A DNA stretch of 64,000 bases, from positions 1,669,642 through 1,733,641 of the forward strand of contig JBLWFJ010000001.1 in NCBI GenBank assembly GCA_048320885.1, given 5' to 3'. Under the pieces are notes generated by a model, which was given only the letters and a program-made list of their open reading frames with translations, was not told the DNA's origin and did not search any database. This DNA comes from Nannocystaceae bacterium ST9. GTDB lineage: Bacteria; Myxococcota_A; Polyangia; Nannocystales; Nannocystaceae. The position numbers and the translations under genes are program-made. This document shows, piece by piece, positions 60,364-64,000 of this stretch; the stretch's first letter is position 1; each line of letters begins with the position of its first letter.

Positions 60364-63243
60364 TCACGAGCCCGAGCGGGCCGCGTGCTCGAGCTGGGCG
60401 AGGATCCCCAGCAGCTGCGTGTCGCCGGTCCGATCGATCCCGCGTCGAGCCAACCCGAGCAGCTCCCGGACTCGCTCGCGCTGACCCGGCTGACCGACCA
60501 GCCGCTCGGCGATCCGCAAGATCGTCTTGGGCACCTCGGCGCGCGCGGGCGAGTCGGCGTAGCGCTCGGCGATCGCGTCGAGCTCCACACCGGCCTCGCT
60601 CGTGCGACCGAGCTCGAGCAGACAGGTCGCACGCAGGTAGCGAGCCGAGATCACCGACTCCTTCGTCGCGCCGGGCAGCTCCCAGATCGCGATCGCCCGG
60701 TCGAGCGCGACGATCGCCTCGCCCGGCCGACCGGCGGCGTGCTGGGCCTGAGCGATCGTCCGCAGCGACTCGGCGGTCATCGAGTGCTCGCTGCCCAGCG
60801 TGGCCTCGTGCACGCGCAGCGCGGCCTCGGCCAGCGCGAGCGCCCGCGTCAGGTCGCCCTGCGCCGCGATCAGGTTGATGGCCAAGTTGAGCTCGGTCAG
60901 CGCGGTCAGGGGATGATCGGGACCGTAGGCGCGCTCGAGGATCGCCAGCGCTCGCTCGAGTCGGGCGATCGCCTGCTCGTGCTGCTCGAGGTAGCCGTAC
61001 ACGATCGCGACGTTGCCGAGCGCCAGGCCGAGCTGCGGGTGGCCGGGTCCGAACGCTTGCTCGAGCAAGCCCAAGCCGGTCTCGCTCTGGGCGATCGCCT
61101 CGTCGGCGTAGCCGCGCGCGTCGACCCGGATCAGCACGCTGCCGTAGTTGACATGGGCCGCGCCACGCTCGACCGGGCCGGCGCCGTTGCGCTGCAGGAG
61201 CTCGAGCTCCGCCGCGAACGAGCGGGCCGCGGCGGCCATGTCGTCTTGCATGTACCAGTAGATGCCCGCGCTCGACTCGAGCTTGGCCCGCAGCTCGGCC
61301 CGCCCGAGTCGATCGGCCTCGGCCTCGCCGTGGTGCAGCCACTGGCCGCCGACCACGTAGTCGCCGAGCCCGACCGCGTAGACGTAGACCAGCAGGGCGG
61401 CCGCGTCGATCGCAACCTCGTCGTGGCTGGCCCGGCGCGCGGCGAAGAACGCCCGCTCGAGCGCGTCGCGAGCCTCGCCGAATTCGCCGAGCTCCTGGTG
61501 GACGCGGCCGAGCGCGAGCGCGGCCTCGGCCTCGGCCGCCGGCCAGGCCAGCGCGCGCGCGCGTGCGTCGATGTCCTCGGCCAGCCCGCGCGCGTCGCTG
61601 GCCTTGCCGCCCTCGACCCAGGCATGCACCCGCGCCGCGTCGCGCTCGATCGCCTCGACCGACTCGGCCGACGCCGGATCTTCGGGCGGTCGCTGAGTCG
61701 CGCTCAGCCACGCGCGATCGCTGCACGGGGCCAGCCGCGGCAGGCTCTCGGCGGCCTCGACCGCCTTCTCGATCACCGCCGCGTCGGCCTCGCCGAACAG
61801 CTCGACCAGCGCGGTGAAGCCATGCAGGCGCTGATCGAGGCAGGCCATCCGACGATCGAGCATGTCGGTCGACTGCTCGCGGCGGACCTCGCTGGCCTCG
61901 CAGGCGTCGCGCCGCGACGTCGACCACTGCTCGGCCCAACGATCGAGCGAGGCGATCACCCGCGTCGCGCTGTCCTCGGCGTAGACCAGCTCGCTGGCCG
62001 CGAAGGTGGTTTGCAGCGCGCTCGCCCGCTCGGGGGTCCAGACCGCCAGGATCGGCGCGTCGACGTCCTGGCAGGGCGGCTGGATCGTCGGCGGCTCGGG
62101 CCAGAGCACGCCGACGCCGATCGCCGCCGCGGCGGCCACGACCAGCGAGCCGATCCCGAGCACCCAGCGGCGAGTTCGAACCCGCGGATCGTCGGCGAGC
62201 GCGGCGATCAGTCGGTTCATGTCGGGCCAGCGCGCGCTCGGATCGGCCGCGAGCCCACGCGCGATCACCCGTCGCACCCAGCTCGGCACGGCCCGCGTCG
62301 GCGTGGGCTCGCGCAGCTCGGCGTGGGTGATCGCGAAGAGCACCGAGAGCGGGTTGTCGCCGGCGAAGGGCCGCATGCCGTAGAGGCACTCCCAGAGCGC
62401 GACGCAGAACGCGAACTGATCCGAGCGGGCGTCGGCCGACTCGCCGCGCAGCTGCTCGGGCGCCATGTAGGCCGGCGTGCCGAGCAGCGAGCCCTCTTGG
62501 GTCAGCCGCGACTCGAGCACCGAGTTCGAGCTCAGCGCGTCGGTCCGCGACGAGGACGAGAGCGAGTCGCCCGACCAGCTCTCGAGCGCCGACTCGCCGT
62601 CCTGCGAGCGGGTCGCGTCGGGCTCCCCGGCCGCGCGGACCAGCCCGAAGTCCATCACGCGGACTCGACCGTCGCGACCGATCATCACGTTGTCGGGCTT
62701 GAAGTCGCGGTGGATCAGCCCGCCTTGGTGGGCGGCCGCCAGCCCGCGCCCGGCCGCGACGAACACCTCGAGGATCTCGCGGACCTCGTGCGGCCGCTCG
62801 CTCGCCCAGCCGGCCAGCGTGGTGCCCTCGACGAACTCCATCGCCATGAACACGCGGGCCTCGACCTCGCCGACGTCGTGGACGGTGATCACGTTGGGGT
62901 GCGAGAGCCGAGCCATCGCCTGGGCCTCGCGCAGCAGGCGTTGACCGTGGCGCTCGCCGTGCAGCAGCTTGAGCGCGACCTTGCGATCGAGGTCGGGATC
63001 CCAGGCCGCGTGGACGATGCCCATCGCTCCGGCGCCGAGCTTCTCGAGGATCACGTAGCGACCGACCGTCTCGCCGCGAGCGAGCTCGCGCGCGGGTCGG
63101 CGCTCGCGAGCCTCCGATCGCCGGCGCACGCGAGTCGCGAGCGTCGCCGAGGCTTCTGGGGTCGAAGCAGGGCCCTCCGTCCCTCGCTTCGCGTCCGCCT
63201 CGGCGGGCGGTGGGTGCTCGCTCGGCGCTCGCGAGTCGCCCAT
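60364..63243 (-). CDS. Ser/Thr protein kinase with a long C-terminal TPR-repeat region (about 960 aa).
   Basis: Kinase motifs are GAGAMGIVH...VALKLL, HRDFKPDNVMI, VMDFGLV and GTPAYMAPE. A TM segment is followed by extensive TPR-like repeats. The upstream 164 codons of the track ORF are junk. Confidence 0.85.
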   Translation of the reverse strand: MGDSRAPSEHPPPAEADAKRGTEGPASTPEASATLATRVRRRSEARERRPARELARGETVGRYVILEKLGAGAMGIVHAAWDPDLDRKVALKLLHGERHGQRLLREAQAMARLSHPNVITVHDVGEVEARVFMAMEFVEGTTLAGWASERPHEVREILEVFVAAGRGLAAAHQGGLIHRDFKPDNVMIGRDGRVRVMDFGLVRAAGEPDATRSQDGESALESWSGDSLSSSSRTDALSSNSVLESRLTQEGSLLGTPAYMAPEQLRGESADARSDQFAFCVALWECLYGMRPFAGDNPLSVLFAITHAELREPTPTRAVPSWVRRVIARGLAADPSARWPDMNRLIAALADDPRVRTRRWVLGIGSLVVAAAAAIGVGVLWPEPPTIQPPCQDVDAPILAVWTPERASALQTTFAASELVYAEDSATRVIASLDRWAEQWSTSRRDACEASEVRREQSTDMLDRRMACLDQRLHGFTALVELFGEADAAVIEKAVEAAESLPRLAPCSDRAWLSATQRPPEDPASAESVEAIERDAARVHAWVEGGKASDARGLAEDIDARARALAWPAAEAEAALALGRVHQELGEFGEARDALERAFFAARRASHDEVAIDAAALLVYVYAVGLGDYVVGGQWLHHGEAEADRLGRAELRAKLESSAGIYWYMQDDMAAAARSFAAELELLQRNGAGPVERGAAHVNYGSVLIRVDARGYADEAIAQSETGLGLLEQAFGPGHPQLGLALGNVAIVYGYLEQHEQAIARLERALAILERAYGPDHPLTALTELNLAINLIAAQGDLTRALALAEAALRVHEATLGSEHSMTAESLRTIAQAQHAAGRPGEAIVALDRAIAIWELPGATKESVISARYLRATCLLELGRTSEAGVELDAIAERYADSPARAEVPKTILRIAERLVGQPGQRERVRELLGLARRGIDRTGDTQLLGILAQLEHAARSGS

Positions 63244-63301
63244 CTCGGTCGCGTCCGAGAGGTCGTCGAGCGGTCGGCGAGACTCCACTGCGTGCAGGGT
63301 A

Positions 63302-64000
63302 TCAGGGCGCTCGCAGGGTATCTGCCAGCGTCTGCGCGTGACCGAGCACGGCGCTGCGCAGCGCCTCGGGCTCGACGTGGACCAGCGCGTCGCCGAGCGA
63401 GAGCAGCCGGCGGGCCAGCTCGCGGCACGAGCGGTAGGCCATCCGACGCTCGAGCAGCTGGCCCTCGACGATCCAGCGATCTTCTTGACCGGGATCCCAG
63501 AGGTTGTGGTGAACCCAGCGAGCCATCGGTGCTCGGATGCGCAAGACCGCGGTGTCGGGCCGGTCCTCGTCGATCCCGAACGCGGGGTCGTGGTCGCCCC
63601 AGATCCGCTCGATCTCCGGCAGCTCCCCGCGCGGCGCGAGCCCCTCGATCGCGGCCGCGCCCTCGATCTGCGCGACTCGAAAGCTGCGCGGCTCTCCATG
63701 CGTCCGCGACCAGGCCCGCAGGTACATGTTTCCATCGTGGAGCCGCAGCTGCCAAGGCTCGACGTCGTGCAGACGCGCGCCGCCGTCGGGGCTCCACGGG
63801 CTGGCGTAGCGGATCTGCACGACCTGCTTGCCGATCGCCCGCAGCAGCACGGCCAGCACCTCGGGGTTGGTCCGGCTACCGGTCGTCAGCGTCGCGACCA
63901 GCGAGCCTGGTCGAGTCTGGCCGGGCGCCCGACCGCGATCGCGGATCTCGGCGTCCATCTGTTCGGCCAGCCTGCGCAGCCGGCTGGTGATCTCTTCGTC
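63302..64000 (-). CDS. WYL-domain protein, partial (the N-terminus is beyond the window end).
   Basis: The WYL block reads PWQLRLHDGNMYLRAWSRTHGEPRSFRVAQI, followed by a WCX-like C-terminus. The frame remains open to 64000. Confidence 0.55.
   Translation of the reverse strand, partial: DEEITSRLRRLAEQMDAEIRDRGRAPGQTRPGSLVATLTTGSRTNPEVLAVLLRAIGKQVVQIRYASPWSPDGGARLHDVEPWQLRLHDGNMYLRAWSRTHGEPRSFRVAQIEGAAAIEGLAPRGELPEIERIWGDHDPAFGIDEDRPDTAVLRIRAPMARWVHHNLWDPGQEDRWIVEGQLLERRMAYRSCRELARRLLSLGDALVHVEPEALRSAVLGHAQTLADTLRAP

Overview
Most likely this is a chromosomal segment from a myxobacterium (Myxococcota, Sorangiineae/Polyangiaceae-like). GC is very high (about 70% by eye). The evidence is many lipoprotein signal peptides (L-x-x-C lipoboxes), Myxococcus cysteine-rich repeats (CGDGxxDxxEECDDGN), an AgmX/PglI-type C-terminal domain, an RCC1-repeat lipoprotein, a Ser/Thr kinase with a TPR tail, and a response regulator with DUF4388 and roadblock domains. 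Long ORFs that lie antisense to real genes, or that translate to R/A/G/V-rich peptides, are treated as frame artefacts of high-GC DNA.

The window opens inside a five-gene minus-strand operon (7939..1). It runs secreted DUF4331 N-half -> DUF4331 C-half lipoprotein -> TPR lipoprotein -> a 412-aa cytoplasmic protein -> a PAAR-like/RHS (YD-repeat) polymorphic toxin. The RHS C-terminal toxin tip and any immunity gene lie beyond position 1. The 412-aa gene is translationally coupled to the RHS gene by an ATGA overlap.

A second minus-strand cluster (42881..30509) is the most interesting one. It ends with a pentapeptide-repeat protein -> a 1994-aa giant protein -> a pseudokinase, the last two ATGA-coupled. 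The giant protein has a Cys-motif N-terminus, a DUF4157 HExxH domain ([12 protein letters not shown]), a long helical region, a transmembrane block, several repeat arrays and a globular tail. This looks like an eCIS-cargo-like or standalone polymorphic toxin locus with no recognisable delivery machinery in the window.

Other notable items:
- A 397-bp near-perfect palindrome (15030..15426) between two operons.
- tRNA-Lys(CUU) with an intrinsic terminator, next to an orphan P-loop NTPase and an orphan CoA-transferase B subunit.
- A roughly 2.6-kb lower-GC islet with two divergent lipoprotein genes, one Cys-rich and one carrying HExxH.
- A prokaryotic Cys-loop-type (pLGIC-like) channel homolog.
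- A VIT-VWA-AgmX_C lipoprotein GTGA-coupled to a degenerate VIT paralog.
- A salicylyl-CoA 5-hydroxylase-like FAD-monooxygenase/OYE fusion.
- A partial WYL-domain regulator at the right edge.

All coordinates are within ±1-3 nt and come from reading the ORF track together with the sequence. All family assignments rest on motifs read by eye, not on database searches.
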